A stretch of DNA of 64,000 bases from positions 13,659,928-13,723,927 of the forward strand of contig CAVNZM010000004.1 in the NCBI GenBank assembly GCA_963693365.1, written 5' to 3'. The notes under the pieces are model-generated. The model was not told the origin of the DNA. It worked only from the letters and a program-made list of their open reading frames with translations, and made no database searches. Source of the DNA: Amoebidium appalachense. Lineage: Eukaryota > Protista > Ichthyosporea. Of the stretch, positions 28,360 to 53,960 are shown piece after piece (within the stretch, counting starts at the first letter, position 1; each line of letters opens with the position of its first letter). The translations under genes were made by a program, and so were the position numbers.

Positions 28360-29941
28360 ACCCACCCACCCAAGTTTAGGTGATGCTGCTGTCTGAGTTG
28401 GAGCGTCGTATATACGCGGGCTAAGGGGTCGAAACTCAGACGCAATTGATGACTTGGGCCCTCCCTGAGGATGGGCTCTGCTTATGACGCATACCGTGCG
28501 CATGGCTGATTGTTGCATAATTGAATGTCTGCCTTTGCATGTGTCCTGCACCATGCTTCTCATCGTGAATGCGTACTTCGTACTGTGTTCCACATTCAAA
28601 CCCCCCCCCCCCCCCCCCCCCCACCACCACCACACACAAATACCCACCCCTAGCTCCACACCTCCACACCTACCCATCCGCACACATCTTGCATGCTGCA
28701 GTAGTTCGTCTCTGCCTACCATTATGGTTTGATTAGTAAGTTTGTGGTGTGTCTTGTACTTGGTGGTGTAGCACCTCCTCCTTGCCACCCCCCTCCCCCC
28801 CCCCCCCCCCCCCAACACACACACATACACAAACACACACATTACACACACCGGCACGCACACACGCACATGCGGATGGGCACAGGCGGGTGATACACAC
28901 ACACACACACATGCGCACACGCACACACACACACACGCACACACAAACACACTCGCACACACACTCGCGCGCATGCGCCGCACGCGCGCACACACAACGC
29001 ACACATGCACACACGCCTGCGCACATGCACACATGTACGCACACACACACACGCACGCACACACATACGCGCCCACGCCCCACACAAGCTAACAATCGTG
29101 TCCATCGTCCCGGTGCATTCACACCCATGGTCACTCTTTGTGTGGCCAGATGTTAACACGCATATGTTTTCCAACTGAAAGCACTTACACATAATGTTGC
29201 ACCCTCCTGATCACCCTCCTTCCTCCCCGCTTCTGTAAAAAAACAAAAAAGGATGAAGAAGAAGATGATGAGGGAGAGAGAGAGCGAGAGAAAGAAAGGG
29301 AAAGAAAGGATGAAAGGTGAAAGATCCCCACTTCTGTTTAGACCTCTTGGTTCATTTACAAATGTTTGATGTCATTTTCAGTTCCTTACATATGGCGCCA
29401 CGCTCCATTTTCTATACATCCCCCCCCCCCCCCCCCCCCCCCCCCCTTCTTTCCTCTGGGATTCGGAAACTATTTTCTTGTGTGTTAGCCAAGGCGAGGT
29501 GTTTTTAATCCTTTTCTGACCCTCCTCCCCTTTGTGTCATTCACGATGATCCTTTTGTCCGGGTACCTCATTACCCTGCCTGTTTCCTGCAACCACTGCT
29601 ATCTCCCTATATCTTGTTGATGCTTGTTCCTCATTTGCTCTTTAATTCCTTGAGCCCCTGATCCTTACCCCTTGCACACACTGCCCGGCAGCCCCCCTGC
29701 CATCCACACTCACCCCCATGCCTGCAGGCAGCTAGTATGTTGTACCAACACACAGCACATGTTTGCCACCGTAATGTCCTTGTCACTGCAAAATGAGCTT
29801 TATATTCTTTCTCTTTCTCCTTTATTCCTCCTCTTCACAGTTTCATAATTCTCCTTCCCCCCTCTCTCCCCCCCCCCCCCCCCCCCCCCCCTTTCCCACT
29901 CTGCCCTTCCCCCTTCTCTCGTGTTTTTTCTTTTCTTCTTC

Positions 29942-29976
<35 letters not shown>

Positions 29977-30081
29977 TTTTTTTTTTTTTTCCTTTGTGTG
30001 TGTGTGTCTGAGAGAGGGAGGAGATGGAGATGTGGAAGGCAAATAGTCTGAATGGACAAATATCGTCTCTAATTTCAACTT

Positions 30082-30154
<73 letters not shown>

Positions 30155-30372
30155 GCCTTTTTCGTCTCTCCTCGCACATCTCTGCATAGCCTCCTACCTG
30201 CACAATTTTTCGAATTCTGTTTTCTTTTCCTTTCTTTCTTCTTCTTTTTTTCCTTTGCTCAGGTTTCTGTTATTAGGTTGCCTTGATTTCTCATTTCTCC
30301 CCGCATGCTTTTGTGCATTCGTGTGTGCGTGTGCGTGTGCGTGCGTGTGTGTGCGTGTGTGTGTGCGCGCGC

Positions 30373-30439
<67 letters not shown>

Positions 30440-30650
30440 CCCCCCCCCCCCCCCCCCCCCACACACACACACAGACACAAAGTATTCTTCCCGACTCTCT
30501 GGTGTGTTCTTTCATGTGTGTCTTTTTTGCAAGTACTGCATTCCTCGCGCCCGTTTCTGCTATCCCTAATAACCCTGGATAGGGAGGTGCAATGAGCCTA
30601 TGCTGTGTATCTGTGTTCACACGTTTGTTTTCGTTCTCGTTGTGTGCTGG

Positions 30651-30696
<46 letters not shown>

Positions 30697-32926
30697 AAAA
30701 AAAAAAAAAAAAAAACACCGGCAATCACCCTGTTGCCTTCCCTCCTTCCTCCTTTACTATGGTCATGTGTTATACCTCCTCGAAAGATCGTTTTTTTTTT
30801 TTTTTTTTTTTTTTTTTAGTAGGGAACATGGTTTTTATCCAGCATGCCTGCTTGCCCTTGGCCCACGTGTGCATTATTCAGCATGCCTGCTTGTCCTCCG
30901 CCCACGTGTGCCCTTAAGGCCACCTCTCTCTCTCTTCCTTCCCTCAGTGCACGTGCTATCCCTCCCTGTCTGTGTGTGTGGATTGTCCATTGACCGGTGC
31001 CTTGCTGCAGAGACGTCAAGGCCGGCAACATTCTGATCGATGCAGACGGTACGGTGCAGCTGGCCGACTTTGGGGTCAGCTCGTGGCTGGTCGAGGGGGG
31101 CGAGCGCAAGAGGCAGCGCCAGACATTTGTGGGCACCCCGTGCTGGATGGCCCCCGAGGTCATGGAGCAGGTGCGCCCCACACACACACATACTCGGCCA
31201 CACACCATGTGTGCACGTACACAGGCAGGCATTCATGTTCCCACACACATTACAGGGCCTGGACACACACGCACATGTGTGTGTGTTTACCTAGGCCGTG
31301 CATGCATGGAGCGTGTGTGTTTACGGGCACACCTGTTTTGAATGCATGCGATGAAAAACGTCACATGCAAGGCTTTGTGTAGTTTCAAAATAAATAGTTT
31401 GCATTTGCCTTTTTGTTGGTCCTGTGGGGCCTATTGCTGCTCACTTATTCCCCCGTGTACCCACCCCCCCCCCCCCCCCCCCCCCCCTCCCTTCCTGGAT
31501 AGGTGCTGCTTATATTGAATTCTGTGCGTGTTGCTGAGGCGCATACTTGAATTTTTGCCTTGATATGTGTCCTGCACCGTGTTTCTCATTGTGTATTTGT
31601 GCTTCGTATCGGGTTTCGCATCTACCCACAACCCCCACCCCCTTCTACACCCCCACCCTTTCTTGCGTTTAATTTCTCAAGTGCCCCCCCCCCCCCCCCC
31701 GGGATTTGGAGACAAACAACTGGGGCGAAATGGGGATGAGTTCGGATGGGGGGTGACCGAAGCCTCGTAGGGCAGAATAAGGACGGGTAGGGTTAGTGAA
31801 GGGGAGCTGGGAGGGACTTAGAGGTGTTAAGGACACATGTATCAGAGAGGTGATGCATGCAAACGGTTTTGTAATGTTGTTGTTATCTGTATGCATAGTT
31901 TGCCTGTACGCGCCTGCAGGAGCCGTGTGGGGTTAGGTAGTGGGGTTGGGGTCGGTGAGTTTGGGCTGCAGGGATGAGTGTGGAGGTTTGAATGTGGAAA
32001 GGTGGTGGGGGGAGAGGTGTGGATGTGGAAGCATTGGGTGCCCTGTGGCCGACGACACCACACCCGGGGCTGACTGTGGTCTGCAGGTGCACGGCTACAA
32101 CACCAAGGCCGACATCTGGAGCTTCGGCATCACGGCCATCGAGCTTGCCACGGGGCATGCGCCGTACGCACAGTACCCCCCCATGAAGGTGCTGGTGATG
32201 ACGCTCAACAACGACCCACCCACGCTGGACCTCAACGAGCACCCGCGCTACAGCAAGTACCTCAAGAAGATGATCGACTCGTGCCTGCAGAAGGACCCAG
32301 CCAAGCGGCCCACGGCCGACGAGCTTCTCAAGCACCCGCTGTTCCAGAAGGCCAAGGGCAAGGAGTTCCTGGCCGCCCAGCTGCTTGCCCACCTGCCCCC
32401 CCTGACCCAGCGCTACCAGACAAAGGCCCAGAAGCCCCAAGTCCGCAAGCCCGGCCAGAGCGGCAAGCTGGTCAAGGACGACAAGGGCGAGTGGCAGTGG
32501 GAGTGGGACGAGGGTGAGGGCGACGACGAGGCCCCCCAGGACAATGTGCCCCCACCGGCAGGCCCATCACAGGCGGCTGGGCCATCGGGCGGGGGGCAGG
32601 TGGAGGGGGTGGCGGCGGGGGTGGCAGGTCTGGGGCTGCAGGACGAGCAGGTCAACTTCAAGCTGCGGCTGCGGGACTCTTCCAACCAGCTCAAGGACAT
32701 CGAGTTTGCCTTCCGCCCGGCAGAGGACACGCCCGAGCTAATTGCCGGGGAGCTTGTGGAGGCCGGGTTTGTGGGCCAGGCCGACTGCCAACTGGTGGCA
32801 GAGAGCATGCGCCGCCTGCTGGCAAACCCCGTGATGGGCAGCAGCGTGCGCTTCCCCGTGGGTGCCCCACAGGGTGAGCCCGACCCCGAGACCCTGGTGG
32901 GATATGCTATGATGTGTGTGGTCTAG
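27038..32926 (+). CDS. OXSR1: STE20-family (GCK-VI) kinase, OXSR1/STK39(SPAK)-like, with C-terminal CCT/PF2 domain
   Basis: Exons 27038-27089, 27540-27885, 31011-31170 and 32087-32926, all GT-AG and in phase. Motifs [65 protein letters not shown], and the CCT domain [17 protein letters not shown]...DTPE.IA.ELV.AG. Confidence 0.95.
28140..28600 (+). repeat. Two copies of the intronic element in kinase intron 2
   Basis: 28362-28600 is the near-identical reverse complement of ~7005-7245. 28140-28250 is a divergent 3' half (ttctgtttatgatgcatactc...tacttcgtactctgtaacacatt + C-run). Confidence 0.9.
31500..31635 (+). repeat. 3' half of the intronic element in kinase intron 3
   Basis: ctgcttat...gcatacttgaatttttgcctttgatatgtgtcctgcaccgtgtttctcattgtgtat...cttcgta matches the unit's 3' half. 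Confidence 0.8.
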
Positions 32927-32949
32927 GTGGTTGTTTTTTGTTGCAGCAG

Positions 32950-33014
<65 letters not shown>

Positions 33015-33820
33015 CTTTGGGGGGGGCGCGGGGGAGGGGGGGGTAGGCGTGTGTGAGTTTTCATGGTGTGTTTTGAGTGAGTCAGACGTCAGCTGGTTTA
33101 AGGTGCAGCTTTTCGCGAAAATACTCCACCCTTTTGCATATATTACAGTTAAGATATCCCAGCATGTTGCACATACTGCTGACGGAACTGTGAGAGAGCT
33201 ATGATATGGTCCTGTGTTGTATGCTGTATGATTTGTGTTTTATGTCCTGTATTTAAAACATCAACAACTTCTTAGTACCAACCAGCCTTCATTATTGCAT
33301 TAGGTAGGGAGGGCTGCAGATGTGCATGATGTTTGCTTTTGTGCAACGCTTATCTTTAAACCTACCACCACTATGACAACCTGAAAAGATTTCCCTACCA
33401 ATTGTCAGATAATAAGTAAGTTTTATGCACGAGTCTTGCAAGGTAGTAGGCAAGGCGACATATCAGAAAGAGGTCCCAGCGGAGGCTTTGTCCGGCCAGT
33501 GATTTGCTTGGGAAATTCACAGATGGGCTTCAGTCACTGTGTGGCTCCGAGATTCCGACCCACCTTTTTCAAAATTTAAAATTAAATATCGATGATTTGA
33601 ACCAATTCAATTTGCATGTTATGAACTGGTGGCCCTCGTAATATTAATTATCACATGCTATAATACTATGGTCTCGGGTCAGTGTAACAACCACATATAT
33701 ATTGAATGAAGGGCGTTCGGTGTGCTGTAGAGACATCAAACAGCTGGCTTGCTGCAGAACGTGGTGGTGGCGAACGGTTTTTTTTTTTTTTTTTTTTTTT
33801 TTTTGGAGGGGGGGGATGGA

Positions 33821-33855
<35 letters not shown>

Positions 33856-36114
33856 CATGGATCTAGAAATTATCAACAAAGGATCGTCACTACCTGGGTC
33901 GTGATGGTTTACAATTTTATAAGCCTTTATCATTGTAGAAGTTTAACATTAATGCGCATGCGTGCACTCCGCATGATAAAAAGCATGTGCAGAAACATTA
34001 TCACCATTGGCAACTGCCAGATCTCTCGAGTCAGACAGTGACACAAGCCGCTAGCATACTGTGCGTACGCGTGCTCATGTTCCTAAGTCATGGGTACCGG
34101 TTGTGGAGCTGCATTAACAGGGTGAAATGGCCATATTTCATGAGCATGTATGCTTGTACACCTTTTATGCGACTCGTTCCCCTCTAGTCATTCAAGCTAA
34201 ACTGGTGTTGCTCGCAAGCTGCTCTTCGTACACGTGTGCACTGAGCAGCCTCGGCCAGTCGGTGGGGGCGTGATCAAGTGCGGCGCAAACGGTGTCATGC
34301 CGAGAACAACGGAAACAGAAAATCGGCATTATCGCAAGATGAATTGTGCGATGGGATTGGCTCATGTCTTTGATGACAGCCAACCAAATACAGCTAAATA
34401 AATGACTGCCAGTTAAAATGCGCTTTTAAATACTCATGAGCCACACCAGCTATATTGGCAACCGCCCTGTCATTTAAAATCACGTCTTGCTATAAGATAT
34501 GCCGTTACCTAACGTCCTAGCGCAACAGCCCACACGTTACCAACTGCAAATATGCCATTTCCCAACCAAAGAGTCAAGTATATGAGAGGATATTAGGCAG
34601 GTTTAGGTCGGATAACTTTGGCATAGCTCGAGCATACTTACAGGAAACGGTGTGGGTTATTTGCGGCCTACCTTTCACCCTTTTGGCTTCTGTTTCTGAG
34701 ATCTGGAAAACAAGCCGTTGGACTCTCATTTAGGGCTTTAGGGCATTTGTTGTGTAAGGACCGAGTCCACCCAGTAGCACTTGTTGGCGAGTTAGCCGCT
34801 TAAACACAGGGAAGACCGGCTGAGGCTGCCCTTTCTACGCTAGTGCAGACTTATGAAAACCCTCCTAGGACCGCTTACAAATTACATAAGGCACCTGTTT
34901 AGTGGTCAGCACGCACAGCTTCCTGGGATATTCACTACCGATATGTTCGCCCAGCCTCCTCCTTTTCACACTCAACGACCTATGGCGAGGTATGGCCTAT
35001 AAGGGAGGCAGCATAGCGACACTCAAAGGCCCCAGTGTGGGCGATCGTGGGCTATGTAAGTGTTCTGATAATCCCTTGCCTGCAGCATCATTGTCTAGTT
35101 GCATGGGAGTGCTAGGTTATCAAATCGTCTGTTCGTGTGCAGGTTCGGTCGGGCCCCGTATGCACTTGATAAGATCCGCTGCTTTCTTTACGTGGGCGAC
35201 GCACACAGACACTGTAAGGGATGTTGAAGTTCGGGTATTTTAGTCTCCACTGAAGATGACTATTGATATATACACAGCAAGAGGTTGGAGTGTCGGCTCA
35301 CCTGCCTTGTCTTTGCAAGGCTGGTGCGAAAAGTTGAGCCGAGCTACTAACGGCTTTTGCTGCATAACATAACCTTCGCCGGTTACAATCTAAAATTCGT
35401 TAGAAGGTATTTGCCTTTGATGCACGGTAGATGTGGGAGCTTTTCATGCAACTGGGCTCTTCTCTAAGTAGCCTGCAGCAGTGGGGCTGGGGTATTTGCT
35501 TACCCCTGTACTGACCCCTGGCAATGTTGTTAGACTCTTCCTACACTCGTACAAGTTATGACAAGGGACATGTCCCGGAGGTGGACCCCGTAAACAGCAA
35601 CCCCGTGAAAAATGGCCTCAGGTGTGTTTTTACAAAAGCCCCTTGCTTGGCTTAGCCCGGGGCTGGTGTCTGGTTATTTGCCCCACATCTCAGATCCTTG
35701 GCTACTCTTGCTCTCCACCCACTTACCCCTCTCTACTTTGTCCTTTAAGCATCTGGTTCTCTCTCCTTTCCCTCACTTCCTCTCTCCTGGTATGTTTTCC
35801 AACCCCCCCCCTCCCCCCCTTCCCCCTCCCCCCCCCCCCCCCCCCCTCCCCCCCCCCCCCCCCCCCCCCCCCTCTGTCCCCCTCCTCCCTCCCCCCTCCC
35901 CCTCCCCCACCGGCCTTCTAGACTTCATCCTTTTTGGGTTTGCCCATTCTTGTCAGAAAGAGAGCGCACACATAAGCAAGCAACGAGCACACTCCAAGAT
36001 AGGAAACCAAGAGTCACTTAACCCCTTTGCGAGGTAATGCTGGGAGATCTGGTTTGCTTCTTGATGGCTTTCCGTACGAAACATGAGTGCTAAGTGTGGG
36101 GTCCTACCAAGCAG

Positions 36115-47219
<11,105 letters not shown>

Positions 47220-48369
47220 CAAGGGGGCTGCACGCACATATGGATATGGACAGTCACATGCAGATGCACACACACAAAAACCAGACGCACATGCAAGTAC
47301 ACACTGCACATGTACATAACCCCACACACCCCTACCTCCCAAGCACACACACGCTCACACGCTCACACTCTCACACACACTTACACCGGCGATTCTAAGA
47401 TAACCTTGTTGTGAGGGCTTGGAGGTACCCTCTTGGCTGATTGCATGCCTCAGTCAGAGGCGCCTCCTTGGTATGAGGGTAGCCGGCTCAGTCAAGGTGT
47501 GCCAGAACACACAGTGTTGATATTAGTGCTATAGGGCTAGATTTGAATGTGCTTATATGGACAGCGGACTAGGACTATTGATCCAGTGAGCGGATTCTAT
47601 GCGACAGTGGTGTTATTTGTAAGGGCATGTGCGAATGTGTTTGGTTTTAAAGCCATTTTGTTGAACAACCTTTCTTTTGGTTATAGGGGGCTTTGTGTTC
47701 TTGTGAAGTCTGCATGAATGAAACGGTTAATGTGTAGGACCTAATAGTGCGAAATCGAATGTGCAGTTTAGTCAAGTCAATTTGTGAAGAAATATCACGG
47801 GCGTCTGAAAGCCTCGTGTTTCATGCACGTCGGTACACGGCGTGTTTGTTCCTTTGAATAATTCCTTTGAAGTCTGCCGGTTTTAGCTGCTTATGTAGCA
47901 AGGCAGAGCCGCAGGCATACGACAAAATAATAAAGAGAGTTTGTATGTGGTCCGTGACCATATCATTGGGAATTTGTAACGAATGTGTTGTGCACAGTAT
48001 GTATTATGATTGGTTGTTGAGCTGATATTTAGGTGCCACAGTACATCTGCCATTCATAAATTTTATCACTAGGGGTAGATGGTTGTACATGTTTATGCCG
48101 TTTTCGAGTTCTCAGTACACGCATATCAGCCTTTGAGTTTTGATGTGTAGTGGCACAAAGTACATGCATATAATGCAGCATACAGGAATATGGAAGCTCT
48201 GCTCAGCTAAATACTGTAACAAGTACCTAGTGTGCATGCATGGGTTGCCTCTTGAATCGTAATCGGTTTGCCACTCGTATGCACTTTTGTCTTTTTTCAT
48301 TCTTTTTTTCTTCTTTTGTGGTGGTGGTGGTGGTGGTGGTGGTGGTGGTGGTGGTGGTGGTGGTGGTGG

Positions 48370-48424
<55 letters not shown>

Positions 48425-48757
48425 GGGGGGCCACTCGGTACGGTGTGATATATATAGCTACACATGCAAAATGCGGCATGTAGGAGGATTGCCAAATTTA
48501 AGTTATAGGCCTAATGGATTCGATAGTACCAACTAATATGTAAGAGGGTTCGGTGAATTTGGATTCCGGGAGAGCGCTATTCTAGTTCACACCAGTACTG
48601 GCACTGTCAGCTAGTATTCGAGATTTTGTTAATCTTTAATTCTCTTTCCCCCCCTCACTTTATAATAATATATACAAGCCGGCATTAATACCAATGCCGG
48701 TACTACGGACCATGATACTGTAACACGTACGTGCACATTCAGTGGTACGCATGTGCA

Positions 48758-48792
<35 letters not shown>

Positions 48793-48885
48793 GCACATCC
48801 TTGCGTAAGGACACGTGTACACACAATGTGACAGCCGCACACACACACACACACTGTGACACACACACGCGTACACACACACTGT

Positions 48886-48949
<64 letters not shown>

Positions 48950-49354
48950 CAAACAAACTTGGAACCCGGACGTGTGTACATGTACACACACAGTGGGAGC
49001 GAGAAGTACTTATTACATTTTATTTTGAAGTCACTGTGTATTACAAAAGTGGGGGGAGACCTGAAGCTCTCCACTTGCGAGGCTGGAGCAATAACCCTGG
49101 GCTAAGTGTGTGCAGGAACTAGTATCGGAGATTTGGGTGGTAAGTTACTGCCGTGCTAATATAGCTCAAATTGGCACCATCTATTTATTTGCAACCCAAT
49201 AACATTATAGTAGGCTATAGAGTACAGTCTGTGCTTAATGGAGGACAATAGTTTAAGTGCAACAACAAAAAAACACTAGTCTTTGCCCAGATTATGTTCC
49301 TTAGAACCTCAGGGATACTATTCTTACCCCCCCCCCCCCCCTCCCTCCCTCCCC

Positions 49355-49407
<53 letters not shown>

Positions 49408-49918
49408 AGGAACATGTACATATGTGCACGTCGGCTATACACAAATGTAGAGGTAGCACCAATACGTATGTACAATATTTTCACACCTTTTAAGTCTCGG
49501 CACTCTTTTCTCTCTTTAAAGTTTGCCCAGTGAGTCCAGCTGTCTCTAATACCCTTTCTCGCAATTGCTCCCTCCCTCCCTCCCTTTACGCCAACACACA
49601 GGTACATGCTAATGTGCACTAACACGTGTACACAGGCGCCTTGACAGACACGCACACACACACGTGCACGACATTGAAAATACTGTACACAAACACGAAA
49701 TCATACTACTATATTATAATTATTTAAAACATGTGTCCGTGTGCACGCGGCAGTTATATCTAATCTAATTAGGCACTAACTGAGTAACTGAGATCTTGAC
49801 ACTGTATGTCCAAACACACACAGACGGACATGCCCGCACCCGCACACACACACCCACAATTTTGTAACCAAACGTACACAACGTGACATGAACAGGTGCC
49901 ACACATAACCAACCATAA

Positions 49919-49982
<64 letters not shown>

Positions 49983-50309
49983 CACACATACAAACACACA
50001 CACACACACAACCACACATACAAACACACACTCACACACGCGCAAGCTTGGCACACAGACACACACAACGTACACACACACACACGTGGCTCACACACTC
50101 CGTCACACACACACAGATACACTGCCAGACACGCGCACTCCCATGTCGCTTCACATCGCATCAAACTTCATTTGGAACGAAACTGCACACGGAAGAAGTT
50201 GAAGTTCAGTGAAGCCCGGAGAAGGCTGAGAGAGTGCAAATGGTGCACGTGTTGGTGATCACGGGATACGGAAATCCGCGTCGGTCCCAGCTGGTGATGT
50301 GCGTCGCAC

Positions 50310-50451
<142 letters not shown>

Positions 50452-53335
50452 ACGTGTGTATGTTTGAAGGGGACCAATTGGGGGAGGGGGTGGGGGGGGG
50501 GGGGAGGGGGAGGGATTCGAACCCGGACCCACTGTCACTTGCAACGGTCACGTACATACTACTATCTCCCCCCCTCCCCATGTCTAATGTTATTTTTGGG
50601 GGAGGGGTTGGTAGTACCGTAACTACCGGGGGGGGGGGGGGGGGGGGGGAGGGGGGGGGGGGGGGGAGGGGGGGGGAGAGAAGGGGGGGGGGAGCTGGGG
50701 GAACGGGGGGGGGGGGGGGGAGGGGGAAGGGAAGGGGGGGGGGAAAGGGAAGGGGGAGGGAAAGCCTTCTCCATCCTTTCTCACTTCGCTTTAGTGATCC
50801 TTCGACACTTCCCATCACAAAATCTGTGTTCATGTATGCAAGTACAGCATGCGCAGTTCGGCTGATCGTGACAGAATCGTGCGAGGTAGGCGATGCTCGG
50901 GTCATCATGAGCTGAAGTGGATTTCTCAGCCAAGGCCCCCTACTCTGTCAGAGCCTCGGAAATCGAGACTCGGGACCTCTGTCTGTACGACGGGCAACAC
51001 GCACGCTCACCTGCAGCTGCAGTTGACGACGTTTTTTTTCCGTGACATTCTGGTGTGATTTGCCGGACGACGTAGTAGCCAGATCTGTGGTGCACTTTAG
51101 CCACCCAAGGGGGATCCTGGCAAACAGGGGTTATGCAAAAAAAAGAGAGGAAAAAAACGAAGACATCGGGCCCCGCAGTTCATTTGACGGGCTTGTGGGT
51201 ATAGTAATTGGTGAGCGCGCGTTCTGGCGTTCGTGCATGACATGTGCGATACGCGTACGGTGTCACGCTTGTGTTGTTCTGTCTGTCTGTAGACTCCTGT
51301 AACGTACATGTACCAGCCGCGTTGTGTCTGTATACGGTGTCGGTGTGACTGTGGGCACACATATGTTGTGTGCGTGTGTGTGCACGTGTGTGTGCACGTG
51401 TGGTGCAGTATCCTGTGTCTTTTTTTTTCTTGATGGGACGGTGGTTCAACGTATAAGAATTTCTGAAAATGTGCAGCTCAAGAGGTGAATCCCCACTTCA
51501 TCTTTCACCGATTGCTCCCAAAAATAGAAAGCCATGACATCATTTTGCGTCACAAGAGCATTTCGATATCGGCGAAGAACCTGTGGCCAACCGTTCCACG
51601 GTCCTCGAGGATCAGGTAGTAGTGGATACAGGTTGCGTCCGCGTTTAAGGTCTTCCACCAGCAAGATCATGTCGACGGAAATTTTCCCAAAATCGTTAGG
51701 TTATGGGGACAGCCATTTTTTTAACACAATCTTAAAGTAATTAGTAGGTAGGATCCCCCCTAATTATCAAATTAAGATCGTAAGACACCCCTAAATCCCC
51801 TTACTAATTATACTTAAGACCATGTCCTCACCACTAGAAAATGGTGTCTGTGTGTGTGTCTGTGTGTGTGTCTGTGTGTGTGTGTGTGCTTATTAGTGTT
51901 TGCCGAAAGCCAAACGGACCCTTATAATGCCCACTTTTGACACGTGTATTTTGTTTTCATAACATATCGCAATGATATCGATCAAAATTATCGTCACTGG
52001 TCAGTTCACGTTTGAGTGATTCTTTGTCACTCTGGGGCGTGCTGCAACTCTTGCATGCTACTATATGATTGGATAAACACGCACCACCATACTGAGGGGT
52101 GCAGATCTTGCACATAACTTTTCCGCCGAGTGGTCCGTTCTTCCTGTAGATAAACTCAGAGTCTTTCTTTCTCTTCCAAAAAACGGTTCATTATTCTTTT
52201 TTAAGACCAATAGCAGTAACTATTTCCACGCCCAGAATCAGAGTTGCATCGCGCACTAAGTTAGCTCTTTGCCAATATTCTGTTCAACAGGAAATGAACA
52301 TGTTAGTTGGCATGGTACAAGCTTCGCCCTGGCCGTGCAGAATGGCCATGCTAGGTTACCAAGAACGCACATTTCTGCCATGGCCAGCCTGTTCTTGGCA
52401 CAGAACGATCCATTGGAAAAGACATAGGTGACAGGAGTCTTACTTGAGGCTCTTACGATCGGAGTTCCATTTGTTCCATTCACGGATCGCGAATGATGTG
52501 TGGAGAACTTCTGGAGCTTTCGCGACAACACCGTGAGACAAACGCACATAATACTTGCGCTCCTGGTCAGATAATAACTAGTTGCATGCGAGGTCCATCG
52601 CAAGACGCAACTATGAATCAACTGAGGTTTTTTAGTAATCTAGAATGAAGACTATTGCCCTACTCCCCTAACCTGGAAGGGTTGGGAAAAAACCTGCCAG
52701 GTTGCCTGTGTACCTGTAAACAACTGTACACCTGAACTGTACATGTTTACTAAAGAATGTGATCTACTACCACACGATTCGTGCTTTGTCATGAATATCA
52801 CATAAATATTATGTCCGCACCAATAGGACTCACTCTGACCTAGGAATTGAACCATATATGGTTCTTCAGCTGCATACCACATAAACGAAGTGAACCAATA
52901 AGATGTTTGCATAAATAGGACAAAGGTCTGACTGGCTCGGACCGCACCAGAATCACGAATGGCATGTTGCCACCCGCGCTGGCCGCGGATGAACCAATCC
53001 TGGGCCTTGATCCGAAACCTGGGGGCTATAAAACAAAGCCGTCCCAGTACGGGGATCACATCAGTGAAGTCTGAGACAGACTGAGTCGGCCCATAGTAAA
53101 AGCAACCTGGCCGCGTGTGCCTTTCTACCCGTTCTCTGTCTTTATTTTGATTCAGTTGTACTCTGCCTTATCCTAACTAGTCCAACTGTTTACAGTACCC
53201 TAATTTCTGTGGCAGTGCACATTGCGCGGCTCCGATGGCACACCTAACTATAAAAAGTGTTGTACGCACCGATTGGGCTCAGTCTGCACGTCACCATAAT
53301 TAGACTGGAAAGTGCACACGACGGACGTACGCAAA

Positions 53336-53806
53336 ATGGCCTTCAATGACCAACAACTGCGCCAGATGATAAACAACAGCCGTGCGGTTGCCGAGCTGCG
53401 TGAACATTTTCGTCCCCTTGGGATCGTCCTTTTCTCGACCAACTGGCTGGTGCTACACTGCCTGTGGAAGGAGGGCGTGCCTGCCTGGGAGTTATTTCCC
53501 GAGTTGGACCGCGAGATGAGTGACAGTGAGCTGCGGTTCCACATGGACGACCAGTACGACAAGGAATGGGATGCCCTGGTCAAAAGCCATGCACCGGAGG
53601 CAGGGTCAGCCGAGGCTGCCGCGGACATTTTGAGGCAGTTGGAGTTCGAGCAACCCAACGTCCAGGGCACCCATCCCTTTAATGACAGCAGGTGGCATTG
53701 CTGCGCCCCAACAAATCCCAACGGGGATCGGTGGGGCCGTCCCTGCCGCTGGGGTGTTGCTGCCCCAGGCGATCGCTGCAGGCTGCATAGGAATACACAG
53801 TTCTAA
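53336..53806 (+). CDS. Intronless hypothetical protein (156 aa) with a C-terminal C-C-C-H zinc-finger-like motif
   Basis: TATAAAAA at 53249, aaaATGG start context, coding-like GC bias, ends CCAPTNPNGDRWGRPCRWGVAAPGDRCRLH. Confidence 0.65.
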   Translation: MAFNDQQLRQMINNSRAVAELREHFRPLGIVLFSTNWLVLHCLWKEGVPAWELFPELDREMSDSELRFHMDDQYDKEWDALVKSHAPEAGSAEAAADILRQLEFEQPNVQGTHPFNDSRWHCCAPTNPNGDRWGRPCRWGVAAPGDRCRLHRNTQF

Positions 53807-53921
53807 CGACTTCCTTGATAATGGATGCCAACAATTGCACCCGTAACATGCGCACTCTGGCTCCAAGGCTATACTAGTAAACACTACGCATGCATAGCCT
53901 GCTGGAGGGTTTCTTTCATCT

Positions 53922-53960
<39 letters not shown>

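Noticed and set aside
35524-36033. First coding exons of the CEP85-like gene
   Set aside because: I could not join the candidate exons in frame to 36115 without stops, so they are left unresolved.
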